IMG/VR virus record: IMGVR_UViG_3300027704_003324
Location: 32,001 to 96,000 of that record
Length of the DNA: 64,000 nucleotides
Direction: 5' to 3' (one strand)
Origin: a virus
Positions 36,263 to 46,838 of this stretch are shown piece by piece. A program made the position numbers and the translations under genes. The number at the start of each line of letters is the position of its first letter. Position 1 is the first letter of the stretch. The notes under the pieces were generated by a model. It did no database searches and was not told where the DNA came from. It saw only the letters and a list, made by a program, of their open reading frames with translations.

Positions 36263-36724
36263 TTAATTCTCCAACTCTACTATACGAAATAGTTTAGTAT
36301 TAATTCTTTTTAATTCTGGACCCTTTGTTAGGAGAACGCAATTCCTATAATCTGGCCAGTTTACTTTAAAGTTTTTATCCAATTCTCCGCCGTTTAACTC
36401 TTTTACAAGTGTATTTAGTGCATTAATTGTATATAATGTGTTAGATTCTTTCTTTCTATGTACTAAGATGGTATTCTCTATAAAATTAGATACGTTTCCG
36501 TAGTCCACGTTATATGTACATACATATTCATCTTGACTTTTAGAGTACAGTACGAAAATTTTGTTGTAAATGATTTTATACCTTTCTTGTATTTCTCTTA
36601 AAGTAGCATCTAAGGTGCCTTCGGTTGAGAAAGTACAGAATAATTTATTGCTCATGTCTTCATTAATAGTGATATCGTTGAGATCGTAATCAAAACGATT
36701 ATTAGTTCCTATAACATTTTCCAT
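36263..36724 (-). CDS. conserved phage hypothetical protein
   Basis: 153 aa, HRKKESNTLYTINALN. Confidence 0.7.
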   Translation of the reverse strand: MENVIGTNNRFDYDLNDITINEDMSNKLFCTFSTEGTLDATLREIQERYKIIYNKIFVLYSKSQDEYVCTYNVDYGNVSNFIENTILVHRKKESNTLYTINALNTLVKELNGGELDKNFKVNWPDYRNCVLLTKGPELKRINTKLFRIVELEN

Positions 36725-36747
36725 TTAGTATAAATATGTAATTAATT

Positions 36748-38073
36748 TTATAAAAGCAAGTTATTTCCTGCTTTATATTTAACGGGGTATTTGCCCCCTT
36801 GGTTTAAAATTTGTTCTAACTCTATTAGCAGTTCCTTTCCCTCTGATTTATCAACATCAAAAAGTAAAGAATCGTAAGTGAATAAAACTACAGTAGTCTT
36901 TTTATCTTTGAGGTACCTAAGTACATCTTTCAATATAAGAATATTTCTTGAGGTTTCCAAGCTTTGCATCATATAGTTCATAAGCTTAGCTGGATGCATC
37001 TCTCCTAACTTCTTTGTAAACGGTTTACCGGAGACTGGATTGCATACTTCTCCTATTTCTTCATATACCGACCACATATTATCTATAAATTCTTGAATCA
37101 ACTTAAATATCTTCAAATTTTTATGTTTATGAGGTATTTTACCGTATATAGCTTGAAAGTTAATCTGTTTAGCTTCTAAATATTGCTCTTCTGATATATC
37201 TTCAGTTCCAAAGTAATGTTTAGCTAATTGTTTATGTGCTGATTCATCTGTTAGTTCATATCCAATCTGTTCGCAAAGTAAACGAAGATGGTAGCCATCA
37301 AAATCAAATTCAACAAATTTATCATTCTGAGGTGTGAAACATTCTCGGTGTTCTTCAGTTTTAGGTATAGCTGCGAAATTAACACTATTAAAAGCATTAG
37401 TAGGTCGAGATGTTGCATTATATAAGTTATACGATGTATATACAGTACTGCCGTCTATGTTATATATGGGATCTTTTGGAGTAAAAGCCGCTTCAAACTG
37501 GTTATTACGTATACCGATGCCAGGTTGCTCTAATAAGTAAAATACATTTGTAGCTAAGTTATTATAAAACTCAAATCCAGAGGGTACTTTTAGGTTTATT
37601 ACTTTTTTAATTTGTTCGTAAGTTTCCTCACATTTCTCATATATCTTTGATATAGGAATGAGTTGATTAATTTGCTTTTTACCTTTATGTTTGTTGTAGT
37701 ACCAGTTGTAAGTAGAGTTTTTACAAGTTATCTCTAACCTATTATAATTTACCATTGAATATAGTAAGGATATGTCTATTGCTCCCTGTATATTAAAGTG
37801 GTATAGTAGCTCCTTCTTATCTTTGGTATATAGTGATTGTACACTGTTAAGAAGACGAGAGACACGTTCTTTATTTACATTAATACCTTCGTCGTGATTA
37901 ATTGGAATTATGTATCCGTGATGGCTTTTATGAAGTCTTATGTATACTGCTGTAGTTTGAGTTAATTTAGGATGGAATTCGTCATTACTAGATATTACTT
38001 CTACGTAAGCACCTAATTTCATTAACCTCTCTAAATTTTCGAGCTTACGCTCTTCCTCTATTATATAAAACAC
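36748..38073 (-). CDS. second, divergent family A DNA polymerase-like protein
   Basis: TSRP, motif A FDFDGYHLRL, motif B KQINFQAIYG, NYMMQSLE, motif C YDSLLFD. Confidence 0.8.
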   Translation of the reverse strand: MFYIIEEERKLENLERLMKLGAYVEVISSNDEFHPKLTQTTAVYIRLHKSHHGYIIPINHDEGINVNKERVSRLLNSVQSLYTKDKKELLYHFNIQGAIDISLLYSMVNYNRLEITCKNSTYNWYYNKHKGKKQINQLIPISKIYEKCEETYEQIKKVINLKVPSGFEFYNNLATNVFYLLEQPGIGIRNNQFEAAFTPKDPIYNIDGSTVYTSYNLYNATSRPTNAFNSVNFAAIPKTEEHRECFTPQNDKFVEFDFDGYHLRLLCEQIGYELTDESAHKQLAKHYFGTEDISEEQYLEAKQINFQAIYGKIPHKHKNLKIFKLIQEFIDNMWSVYEEIGEVCNPVSGKPFTKKLGEMHPAKLMNYMMQSLETSRNILILKDVLRYLKDKKTTVVLFTYDSLLFDVDKSEGKELLIELEQILNQGGKYPVKYKAGNNLLL

Positions 38074-38118
38074 TTAATTATAACCTTTAATATTATACTA
38101 CAATATACGGACTTTTAT

Positions 38119-38652
38119 TTAAACTACAAACTCATCTAATAGAAATAAGTAATTTTTTATTCCACTGACTTTATTATCTGCTGCTTTTATAGCTTTAATA
38201 TGTCTAGTTATAGCTCCGTAATATGTAATTCCACCAAACTTTGTATCCTCTGCTGGACCTTCTAGCCACCAGTTTAACTTAATAGTAGTATAGGATGGGT
38301 AGTTGGCTGCTTTAGTATGTTCTTTACTGTCCACTTCTACTATTTTACCACTTCTATTATCTTTTACAAAGTACCTAGTAAACTCTTTAGCAATATAGTC
38401 TTTTTTTGTTGGGGATACAACTGTTCCTATAGGTTTAGGTTCTTCTGATGTAGTGTTAAGGCTATTAAGATGTTCACTTTCAAATATTAATTCCTTTTTA
38501 ACATTAACTGGGTCGGTTCCTTCAAATAATTGTTTTTTAAAGGTAATAATGTACTGTCCATTGAAAGGTTTTAAAGTATCTTTATACAAGATAGCTTCAG
38601 ATCCTCCAGATGCTGTAAATGGTCCTTTATATTTTGATTTTGGTAAATACAT
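38119..38652 (-). CDS. hypothetical protein (tail/baseplate module)
   Basis: Coupled to baseplate genes. Confidence 0.6.
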   Translation of the reverse strand: MYLPKSKYKGPFTASGGSEAILYKDTLKPFNGQYIITFKKQLFEGTDPVNVKKELIFESEHLNSLNTTSEEPKPIGTVVSPTKKDYIAKEFTRYFVKDNRSGKIVEVDSKEHTKAANYPSYTTIKLNWWLEGPAEDTKFGGITYYGAITRHIKAIKAADNKVSGIKNYLFLLDEFVV

Positions 38653-40817
38653 TAAAATTTGCCTTTTAGTACTATTGCTTGCCCTTCAATAGTTGTTATC
38701 CATTCAGTACCTATCTCATGTGAAATGTTTCCTATTCTAAATCCTACTTTAATTTTACCAAGGTACCAAGTTTCAGGTAAAAATTCTCTAGGAATAGTAA
38801 AATATTCAAGCATTTTTAAACCTGATATTCCTTTCATAGAAACTGTTAGTTTTCCTCCTACTGGTCCTCTCATACCGGTTTCACTTAGAGCTGCATCAGC
38901 ATCATTTATTTGCTTTTGTATTAAGCTAGTAAATTGAGAGGTAGTAGACGCTACAGCTTCGCTTGGGTAATGTCCTCCTGCATAGGCTTTTTCTAACGTT
39001 ACTAATGGATCTTCTTCCTCTTCTGGTGCATCTTCTTTTTTATCATTAGATACAGTAGCTTTTTTAGGGCCTTTCCATTTATGAGTTAATCCTTTATTAA
39101 AAGCAGATAGTCCAACTTGGGTGCTATTTGCAGCATCACCATCGTTAGCAATTGTTCCTGCTGTAATTAAGTTAATAAGATTCGCATTTAATTCGCTATT
39201 AATAGAAAAAGATTTCACTGTACTACCTAAACCCTGTGGTTGTATAAGTTGTATATCGTCTACATTCTGGTCTATTGATGCAGGAGTGTTAGTATCTACT
39301 AATCTGGATGGGCCTTCGTCAGATTTTAAGTTTGGGTCGAGCATTATACTAATATCGTTTACATACCCTAATGATCTTCCGATTTCTCTATTAATTTTAG
39401 TTAAAAAAGAACCCAAAGTACCAAAATCTGGATTTGTATTAAGTTTAAGTTCGCTTTCATATAAGTCTTTTACCCATCCTACTCGAATTAGTAACTCTAA
39501 TATATCACCTTGTTGATTTGACGGCCCACCTTTACTAGCTGCTGTTGTATCTATTATTCCATCGCTTTCAGTAACTCCACCGATCAAACAAATTGCAGGA
39601 TCATAGCTAAAATGGTCTGGGTATGTAGCGTATAGTTGCTGGTCTGGTGCTAAACCAAAAGAAGTATCTCCTTTACCTGCGTCTTCTCCTCCTTGTCTTG
39701 CTACAAATTGTAGGTTAATCAGGCCTAATAGGTGTTTATATTTTATATAACTAAATTGTCTGTTATCTCTTGATCTAAACCTAATTTGGTACATATCCAT
39801 CTCACCTGCATTCTCTTCTAAAGCATCAAACATATCTTTAGACTTTAATTTTGCTTCGAACTTAGCTTTATCAATGGTTTCAAGTTGTGGTTTTGATCTA
39901 TTTCTTTGAGGTGTTGAAGCTTTAATTGCTGCTTTATCTACAGCATCTAGAATTTCATAGAATTGACCATAGTTACTTTTAAATTTTTCTGCTTCATCTT
40001 TTTCTTCAGCTGTTATTGTCTCTGGTGGAGCCATTAACTGTTGCACTGCTAAGGATACACTTCCTTTACCCATTACTCTTACGTTAATATTGTAAGAAGA
40101 AGCTTCGTATTTCCAACTGTAGTTTGTTATAGTCCCCATCAAGTAGTCATAATTAAATCCAGAATCTTCTCTTAATTGGGAAGCCTCTTCTTTAATTTTG
40201 TATACACTGTTAGAAGTATCTGTTGATTGTTCATCAGTGGTACCCTCTGAAACTAAGTTTAATTTTGTATCAAATTTACCGGCTTTATTAATCTTCATTC
40301 CATGTCCCCATTCTATAAGCAATTGGAAACCTGGTCTACTAAAGTATTTTTCTAAGTAGTCAAATTGAGCTTTATTAAAACATTTAATGTCAAACTCTCC
40401 TGTTAATATAGCACCTGGTACTGCTCCTCCAAATTGAGAAATATTTAAATTATGTACCATAGGTGTTGGAGTAATACCGTACTTAGCATCATCTACTGTA
40501 TAAAGTGAATAGTGGTCAGTAAATAGTTTAGCTTCTGCATCGATACCTTGTCTATGACCTTGAAATTCGTCTGATGCTCCTCCAGACCCTAAAGTTATTT
40601 TAGTACACCCGTCTGTTTCTGACACTACTCCTGAGGTAATTCTAAAGTAAGGCGAGCTTCCATGAATCAGAGATTGTCTATCATTAGGATCAAGCTCACT
40701 TGGAGCATTTTCAGTAGAATTAGACATTACTGCCTCTCTATATTTTATTTGTTTTATTACCTCTTCATCTATGGTACTTCTACCTGGAACAGATGGTGTA
40801 GTGAATGCTTTTGACAT
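38652..40817 (-). CDS. putative baseplate hub protein
   Basis: Position in the tail module; LIEWGH, GTITNYSW, C-terminal ISHEI..WITTIEG. Confidence 0.55.
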   Translation of the reverse strand: MSKAFTTPSVPGRSTIDEEVIKQIKYREAVMSNSTENAPSELDPNDRQSLIHGSSPYFRITSGVVSETDGCTKITLGSGGASDEFQGHRQGIDAEAKLFTDHYSLYTVDDAKYGITPTPMVHNLNISQFGGAVPGAILTGEFDIKCFNKAQFDYLEKYFSRPGFQLLIEWGHGMKINKAGKFDTKLNLVSEGTTDEQSTDTSNSVYKIKEEASQLREDSGFNYDYLMGTITNYSWKYEASSYNINVRVMGKGSVSLAVQQLMAPPETITAEEKDEAEKFKSNYGQFYEILDAVDKAAIKASTPQRNRSKPQLETIDKAKFEAKLKSKDMFDALEENAGEMDMYQIRFRSRDNRQFSYIKYKHLLGLINLQFVARQGGEDAGKGDTSFGLAPDQQLYATYPDHFSYDPAICLIGGVTESDGIIDTTAASKGGPSNQQGDILELLIRVGWVKDLYESELKLNTNPDFGTLGSFLTKINREIGRSLGYVNDISIMLDPNLKSDEGPSRLVDTNTPASIDQNVDDIQLIQPQGLGSTVKSFSINSELNANLINLITAGTIANDGDAANSTQVGLSAFNKGLTHKWKGPKKATVSNDKKEDAPEEEEDPLVTLEKAYAGGHYPSEAVASTTSQFTSLIQKQINDADAALSETGMRGPVGGKLTVSMKGISGLKMLEYFTIPREFLPETWYLGKIKVGFRIGNISHEIGTEWITTIEGQAIVLKGKF

Positions 40818-40823
40818 AACCGT

Positions 40824-41129
40824 TTATCTTTTTTTATTTAGAGACTCATATAATCCTACTATCTTTGATGGTGAACCTGGTATTCTAATCTGTATTCCTG
40901 GTGTAATTACTAATGAGTCTGAGTTTGCTGTTGGATTAGCTGTAGCTATTATCCACCATAATGATAAATCTTTATAGTATTGTTGTGCTAAAGTATCGTA
41001 TCTATCTCCAACAGTAGTAATAACATATATATCATCTTCGGATTCTGGAATATCAGGATATATAGCATTCTGAATGTATCTTCTTCCTTCTATTGTTTTT
41101 TCCTTCCCTATTGTGGTATATCTATTCAT
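40824..41129 (-). CDS. LysM-like baseplate wedge / tail X protein
   Basis: GDRYDTLAQQYY.D.SLWWIIATAN...PGIQIRIP. Confidence 0.8.
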   Translation of the reverse strand: MNRYTTIGKEKTIEGRRYIQNAIYPDIPESEDDIYVITTVGDRYDTLAQQYYKDLSLWWIIATANPTANSDSLVITPGIQIRIPGSPSKIVGLYESLNKKR

Positions 41130-41131
41130 TA

Positions 41132-42367
41132 TTACTGTAGATTAGAACCTATAAATCTTTGATCTCCTGTTTGTGGAGCAAATTCATGTATTAATGTTGC
41201 AGATACACTTACATCTAGAACATGAGGCAGTATACGTACATCTTCTTCTTTATCTTTACCGGCTTGTATTTCCCATGGGTAATCTTGTTGCCAGCTAAAT
41301 TGTACACTATTAATTAGTGCTGTTTGTTTATGCAAATAATCTCCTATAGTTAATCTAACTATTGTACCTCTCATATGAACTCCTGTTACAGAGTCGTTAA
41401 ACATATCACGACGTTCATCATCTTTAGTTGCAAACCTTAAATCTTGATATGTAGGTGCTGTAGCACCGGCTAAAAATTGTAGCTTTTCATACATCGGTAA
41501 TAACTCTGCTCTATGTAATGCTGCGCATTTAAAGCTGAAGTTAGATGATCTTTGGAAACCTCCATATTGGTATACTGATTCTGCTCTACCTGGGATAGTA
41601 GTTGGGTTCCAGCTTGCGTTATAAGAGTCGTCAAAGTTATCTAAGAAAGCATGAAATCTCATATAATTGTGACTTCCCTCTCCATCATACCCTATCGTCT
41701 GTATAACGAAAGGAATCATTTGATCGTCAAACTCTGTTGGTTCATCCTTTATAACTCCTTCCATGCCTACAGATGTACCTTCTGCAGTACCTGCTCTATA
41801 GTCTATGTAGGAACCTAATTTGTCCTCTACCTTAGCTAATTTTAATTTTTCAGCTTTTCTGATTCTACCTGATTTACCAGAGAATTTATGAACATCTAGA
41901 TCTCCTTTTCTAATCGACTTATCAAGAGCCCTTACTTCGTAACTCCTAAAGTCTTCTCCTTTTATCTCTTTAAGTCCTTTGTTAAGGTGTACCCCTAATC
42001 CATTAACTGCTGTTTGACCAATATTTGTTACAGCAGACGCTAATATATCTAATGCAGGTTGTAACACTAACTTAAACATAGAGCTATCCGTTGCAAAAGA
42101 TTCTTTTGATTGATTAGCTTGTATTAGTGCTCCAATTGCTTGTTTAGCTGCGAACTCTAGACCTGGACGTGCTACTACTAGCTTTGCCATTCTAACGATA
42201 TCGTCAAGTCTTTTTGATAGTAAGATACCTTGAACATCGAAAGTAGAATTTCTACCTCCTTTGCCTATCTTCTTAACAATCGCTGGCTTTGGCTTCGGAT
42301 TTGAATCCGATTTAAAGTCATTGAATTTAAGACTAGTTAAGTCTGATGTTAGGTCTCTTAATCCCAT
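41132..42367 (-). CDS. putative tail tube initiator / baseplate protein
   Basis: FHAFLDNFDDSY.ASW...GRAE..Y.Y.GF.R pattern; follows the tape measure gene. Confidence 0.6.
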   Translation of the reverse strand: MGLRDLTSDLTSLKFNDFKSDSNPKPKPAIVKKIGKGGRNSTFDVQGILLSKRLDDIVRMAKLVVARPGLEFAAKQAIGALIQANQSKESFATDSSMFKLVLQPALDILASAVTNIGQTAVNGLGVHLNKGLKEIKGEDFRSYEVRALDKSIRKGDLDVHKFSGKSGRIRKAEKLKLAKVEDKLGSYIDYRAGTAEGTSVGMEGVIKDEPTEFDDQMIPFVIQTIGYDGEGSHNYMRFHAFLDNFDDSYNASWNPTTIPGRAESVYQYGGFQRSSNFSFKCAALHRAELLPMYEKLQFLAGATAPTYQDLRFATKDDERRDMFNDSVTGVHMRGTIVRLTIGDYLHKQTALINSVQFSWQQDYPWEIQAGKDKEEDVRILPHVLDVSVSATLIHEFAPQTGDQRFIGSNLQ

Positions 42368-42370
42368 TTA

Positions 42371-42559
42371 TTATGCTGGTGCGTTATCTGAGTACTTTGC
42401 TGGAGTTGCTCCGTCTAAGTCTAATTCTGATGCTCCTGTTGCGATAGTCTGTCCATCTGCATGAGTTGTTGATTCTGGTAATGCTCCGCCAAATAACGCA
42501 GGTGTTTCTCCGCCAAGGCTTAAGTCTTTTTTAGTTGCTAGTAAATCTAATAATCCCAT
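42371..42559 (-). CDS. small hypothetical virion protein
   Basis: 62 aa with TATTTATA motif at 42587-42594. Confidence 0.6.
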   Translation of the reverse strand: MGLLDLLATKKDLSLGGETPALFGGALPESTTHADGQTIATGASELDLDGATPAKYSDNAPA

Positions 42560-42604
42560 AGTTTTAGTTTTAGTTGTTTAATTTATTATAAATAGGTCCG
42601 TATT

Positions 42605-45600
42605 TTAGGCCTGATTAAGGTATTTCCCCATTTCAAATCCACTTAACTTAATAATAGGTTTGTCTGGGTTGTTGATTTTATGTAAAGTAACAGTGTTAAG
42701 TAGTTTCAATTCCTTAGACAACTTATTAACTGTTTGTTGTAGTACTACTGTTTGTTTTTTTGATTCTTTTATTTGTTCACCTTCTCGATCCACTGAGTCT
42801 AGTGTTGACTTAAATTCTTTAATTTGATTATCAGCACCTAAAGCAATAGATTTTTGCATTATCATTGCACTAGTCTGACCAGATTTAGCAAGCATCTGTG
42901 CTTGTTTGTCTGTCATAGTGAACTGCTTCATTTTCTCTGCAGCTTTCTTTAATCTTACAAGTTCTTTTTCTGCTGCGGTAGTTTCTTTTTTACCTGCATC
43001 TTTAGATTTATCATCTCCAGAACCAGATAACCAGCTCCAACCTTTCTTAAAGAAGCTTTTAGCTTTACTAGCTAAACCTCCAGTTACTGCGTCAAGACCT
43101 GCTGTTAAATACTCACCTCCTTCAGATATTTTATCTCCTATAGAAGAAGCAATAGCTTTTACACCACTAACTGCTGCTGAAGCTCCTTCAGTAAGTTTAT
43201 CTTTAAAGAAGCCTCCTACTGCTGCTAATCCTTTACCTGTATCTTTAAGACGGTCAAACATAAAGCCGCCTACTTTACCTAATGCTTCTTTAGTACCCTC
43301 CCAAGCAGTACTTGCAAAGCCTGTAATAGACTCCGCTACTGCAGTTCCTACTTGTTTTGCTTTTTCCCATGCTCCTTTAGCTCCATCGGCTATTTTTTGT
43401 CCAAATTCTGCTACTCCTTGTCTTAGTTTAGAGTTAGGGTCTGAGAATACTTTAAATCCTTCTGCTGCAGTACCTATTAATCCACCTACGGCTGCTCCAA
43501 CTGCTGTACCTATACCAGGTATTATTGAACCAATTGCTGCTCCAACTCCTGCTCCTCTAGCTCCTGCGGCTGCAATACCCATTGCTTCATCTCCTGCACT
43601 ACCTTCTTTTATTCCGACCATGCTACTTAGCATTGATCCTTTATTTGCATTTCCGGTTAAAGCTCCAAGTATACCACCTTCGGTAGCACCCATATCTTCT
43701 CTAATACCAGCTGTTTTCTTTTCTTCTGATGTTTTTCCGGCTACTTGACTAGCTCCAGTAAAAGCACCCATGGCAAGTTCTAAAGGAGCTAATAATTTTC
43801 CTCCTATACCTTTTAAAGCAGGTCCAACGAATTTACCTACTCCTCCTAAGGATGTAGCTATTTTTGGTCCAACACCAGTAAATACTTTTGTTAATCCTCC
43901 TCCAGTTTTAGTAATACCGCTAAATACTTTCGAAAGCATATTAGATTTACTACCCAAATTCTTGAATACTTGACCGGCAAAAGATTGATTTTTACCCATC
44001 ATGGCAGCAACATTTCTCAGTTGCTTACCAACTATAGTAGATTTTCCACCAAATACTTTTGATAAACCTTTAAAGCCTTTTAGCCATTTAGGGCTTTTAG
44101 TACTTAGTTTCATTACATCGCCCAATCCGCTGCTTTTCCCACCTGTAGTGTGTAGAGGGTTAAGTGAACTACTACCTTTTTTACCGAAAAGCATATCCTT
44201 TATGCCGGATGCTGCTTTAATTGCTATTGTTGCACCTCCTGCTGCTATTGCGAGAGAGCCTAATAGTTTACCCATTAGAGAGCCACTAATAGCTTTATCG
44301 TCAAAGATGTTTGTAAACCCTTCTTTAATACCTGTCCATACTTTGGTAAAGAGGTTTTTCATACCATCGATAAACCCATCTTTTTTAAATCCATTAAGAA
44401 TATCCATAGCAAAGCTTCCAGCTCCAAGAGCCATGTTCTCTTTAAACTTAGCCATTGCATCTGATAAGCCAGTCATTTTAGATATTGATTTATCTATTCC
44501 TGCTTGTAGTTCGGCATCTGATTTCTTTGCGTTTGCTGCATTCTTTGCTGCAGTTTCACCTGATTCAGCGGTCATGGTTTTTAAAGCATCACCTGAATCT
44601 CTAGCTTTTATGTATTGGTCTCTGGTTAATCCAATAGATTTAGCAAAGGCATCTTGAGCCATTACATTATCTCCAATTGAATCTTTATTTTCAGAAACTA
44701 ATCTGTTTATCTCAGCTGCTTGACTTGCAACATCTCCATTTGCTGCTGCTGCTCTAAGCTTATCTAAGTTTAATTCTTTTCCAAGCATTAACTCTGCTTC
44801 CATTTCTTTAGCAAGAGATGATTCAAAGTCTAATGTACTTTCTGCTGCAGATGCTATATCGTCCATTTCTAGACCTAACATTCTGGCTTGAGTAGCTGCT
44901 TGTATTAATGCGTTTTTGTTCTTACCTATATTGGCTAATACTGAGTCTGATGCATTAGCTATTCCTTCGTATATTACTTTACTAGATATTGCTACTTTGT
45001 TATTGGCATTGAATCTTTCAGTACCTACTGCAATACTATCTACAAAATCTTTATAATTATTACCGGTTTTAGCAGAAATGATCTGAAGTTTAGATGCATC
45101 TCCTGCTGCTACTCCGAATTTTTTAGTTAACTTACCGAATGAAAGTACATTTTCTCTTGTCTGTACAAGGCTCATTCCTAAGCCGTTATTCATTTCACCT
45201 ATCAGAGCGGCTGCTTCTTGTAAAGGTATCTTAAGTTTGCTTGCTGCTGCAGTTACAGCTCCCATTTGGGATGCTGCACTTAATGATGTTGCTCCTAAAC
45301 TTTTCTGTACTGCTGCTGCTGCATCAGACATTTTAAAGATACCATCAACTGCTAATTTTACAAAAGCAGTTAATGACGCTACTGCTATTGCCTGTATTGA
45401 ACCAGCTAAAGCTTTATACCTAGCTTTAGTTTTACTGATTCCTTTTGCTACAGCGTCTTGGTATGCTTTATTTGCACTTGTTAATTGTCCAAATATTGCT
45501 CCTACTGCATCTCCAAGTATAGGTATTCCACCCATTACTTTAGAGATATTCTCTATTGATCGAAGAAAGCCTCCTCCAGCTTCATCAATCTTTTTCATCT

Positions 45601-46531
45601 CAGCTTGAAGAGCTTCTGCTGAATTTACTTGTCCGTCTATCTCCTCTTTTGCAATCTTGTGTAAACCTACTAAGTCTTTAACAGCGTTTTCCTGAGCTAC
45701 TAATGTTGTGAGTGTTTGAGAAGCAGCTTCTTGTACAATACCTGCTTTATCTGCTTCTTGTTGTTTTTCTTTTGTTTTCTTTATTGCAAGCTCTACCTCT
45801 TTCTCCATGCTCGCCACCATATTGGTGTTTTGAGCCATTTGAGCGTTTTGGAGGTCTATTAAGGCTTCTGCTTCTTCAACCCCTTTTTGTGCTTGTTTAA
45901 TTCGATCATCTTGATGATCAAGTCCTTTCTTTTGTAATTCTTCAAGTTTTATACTTGCTGAAATAGCTGCGTCATTAGATCCTGCTAATTTAGCATATAT
46001 TTTAGCATTTTCTTCTCCTAATTGTTTTGCATTTGCTGCAAGTCCTGCTGAAGCATCAGATTCCTGTTGTTTTAGTTCAACTAGTTCTTTAGCTATTTGC
46101 TTTGATTCTGCTGAAAGTCTAGTGTTGGTTTCTGCTGCGATTAGAGAAGCTGCTGTGATGTTTTCTCCTTCTTCTTGTAATGCTAGTAGTTGGGCAGCAA
46201 TAGCTGCTTGTTCAGACTGTATACCTAATACTTTTCTTTCAAAGGACGCTCTTTCTTTGGTACTAGATAGATGGTTAGTGGTAAGGCCACTTAATTCTTT
46301 AGCAAAGTCTGTGTTCTTTTTATAGCTTTTGGCTAATGATTCAGCAAATCCGGTTAAAGATTGAGAACTTTTAACTCCTTCTTTACTAAACTCACCAATA
46401 TCCTTAAAAGCAGCTGCAACTCCTCTAAGTTTTGCTTCTACTTTTGCAGCTTCTAAGTTAATTTGCTTTAATTCAGCAACTCTTTCTTTTGAAGCTCCTT
46501 CGTTTCCTTTATTTGGTTGAGTCTCAGCCAT
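42605..46531 (-). CDS. tail tape measure protein
   Basis: 1308 aa, coiled-coil and Ala/Gly-rich, downstream of tube and chaperone genes. Confidence 0.85.
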   Translation of the reverse strand: MAETQPNKGNEGASKERVAELKQINLEAAKVEAKLRGVAAAFKDIGEFSKEGVKSSQSLTGFAESLAKSYKKNTDFAKELSGLTTNHLSSTKERASFERKVLGIQSEQAAIAAQLLALQEEGENITAASLIAAETNTRLSAESKQIAKELVELKQQESDASAGLAANAKQLGEENAKIYAKLAGSNDAAISASIKLEELQKKGLDHQDDRIKQAQKGVEEAEALIDLQNAQMAQNTNMVASMEKEVELAIKKTKEKQQEADKAGIVQEAASQTLTTLVAQENAVKDLVGLHKIAKEEIDGQVNSAEALQAEMKKIDEAGGGFLRSIENISKVMGGIPILGDAVGAIFGQLTSANKAYQDAVAKGISKTKARYKALAGSIQAIAVASLTAFVKLAVDGIFKMSDAAAAVQKSLGATSLSAASQMGAVTAAASKLKIPLQEAAALIGEMNNGLGMSLVQTRENVLSFGKLTKKFGVAAGDASKLQIISAKTGNNYKDFVDSIAVGTERFNANNKVAISSKVIYEGIANASDSVLANIGKNKNALIQAATQARMLGLEMDDIASAAESTLDFESSLAKEMEAELMLGKELNLDKLRAAAANGDVASQAAEINRLVSENKDSIGDNVMAQDAFAKSIGLTRDQYIKARDSGDALKTMTAESGETAAKNAANAKKSDAELQAGIDKSISKMTGLSDAMAKFKENMALGAGSFAMDILNGFKKDGFIDGMKNLFTKVWTGIKEGFTNIFDDKAISGSLMGKLLGSLAIAAGGATIAIKAASGIKDMLFGKKGSSSLNPLHTTGGKSSGLGDVMKLSTKSPKWLKGFKGLSKVFGGKSTIVGKQLRNVAAMMGKNQSFAGQVFKNLGSKSNMLSKVFSGITKTGGGLTKVFTGVGPKIATSLGGVGKFVGPALKGIGGKLLAPLELAMGAFTGASQVAGKTSEEKKTAGIREDMGATEGGILGALTGNANKGSMLSSMVGIKEGSAGDEAMGIAAAGARGAGVGAAIGSIIPGIGTAVGAAVGGLIGTAAEGFKVFSDPNSKLRQGVAEFGQKIADGAKGAWEKAKQVGTAVAESITGFASTAWEGTKEALGKVGGFMFDRLKDTGKGLAAVGGFFKDKLTEGASAAVSGVKAIASSIGDKISEGGEYLTAGLDAVTGGLASKAKSFFKKGWSWLSGSGDDKSKDAGKKETTAAEKELVRLKKAAEKMKQFTMTDKQAQMLAKSGQTSAMIMQKSIALGADNQIKEFKSTLDSVDREGEQIKESKKQTVVLQQTVNKLSKELKLLNTVTLHKINNPDKPIIKLSGFEMGKYLNQA

Positions 46532-46570
46532 TTATTACTTTACGTTTAGTATAAATAGTAAAGGCTTCCA

Positions 46571-46838
46571 TTAGTTGGAAGCCGTAGTACTATAATCTGG
46601 AGATATATTAGGACCTTTAGGTCTGGTGCTTTGAGTAGGTTGAGCATCCTCTGCTGCTTCGTTCTTTTTTTCAAAATAATCATTAATATAATTGAACGTT
46701 AAACGTCTCAACCATATAGGCATATTATAAACTGTATGCCAGTCGTACCCACCTTTACTATGAAAACAAATTTCGTGTATCTGTCTAAATAAACTAGTCC
46801 TGTAGTCTCTTGCTTGACTAGGCGTCAGGCCAAAAAAA
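46571..46838 (-). CDS. tail assembly chaperone C-terminal extension (probably expressed by frameshift)
   Basis: Overlaps the chaperone 3' end at a T7 run; YNMPIWLRR motif. Confidence 0.6.

Noticed and set aside
42906-45608. Long plus-strand ORFs (280, 218 and 123 aa) inside the tape measure gene
   Set aside because: Antisense shadows of Ala/Gly-rich coding sequence; no motifs and no plus-strand expression signals
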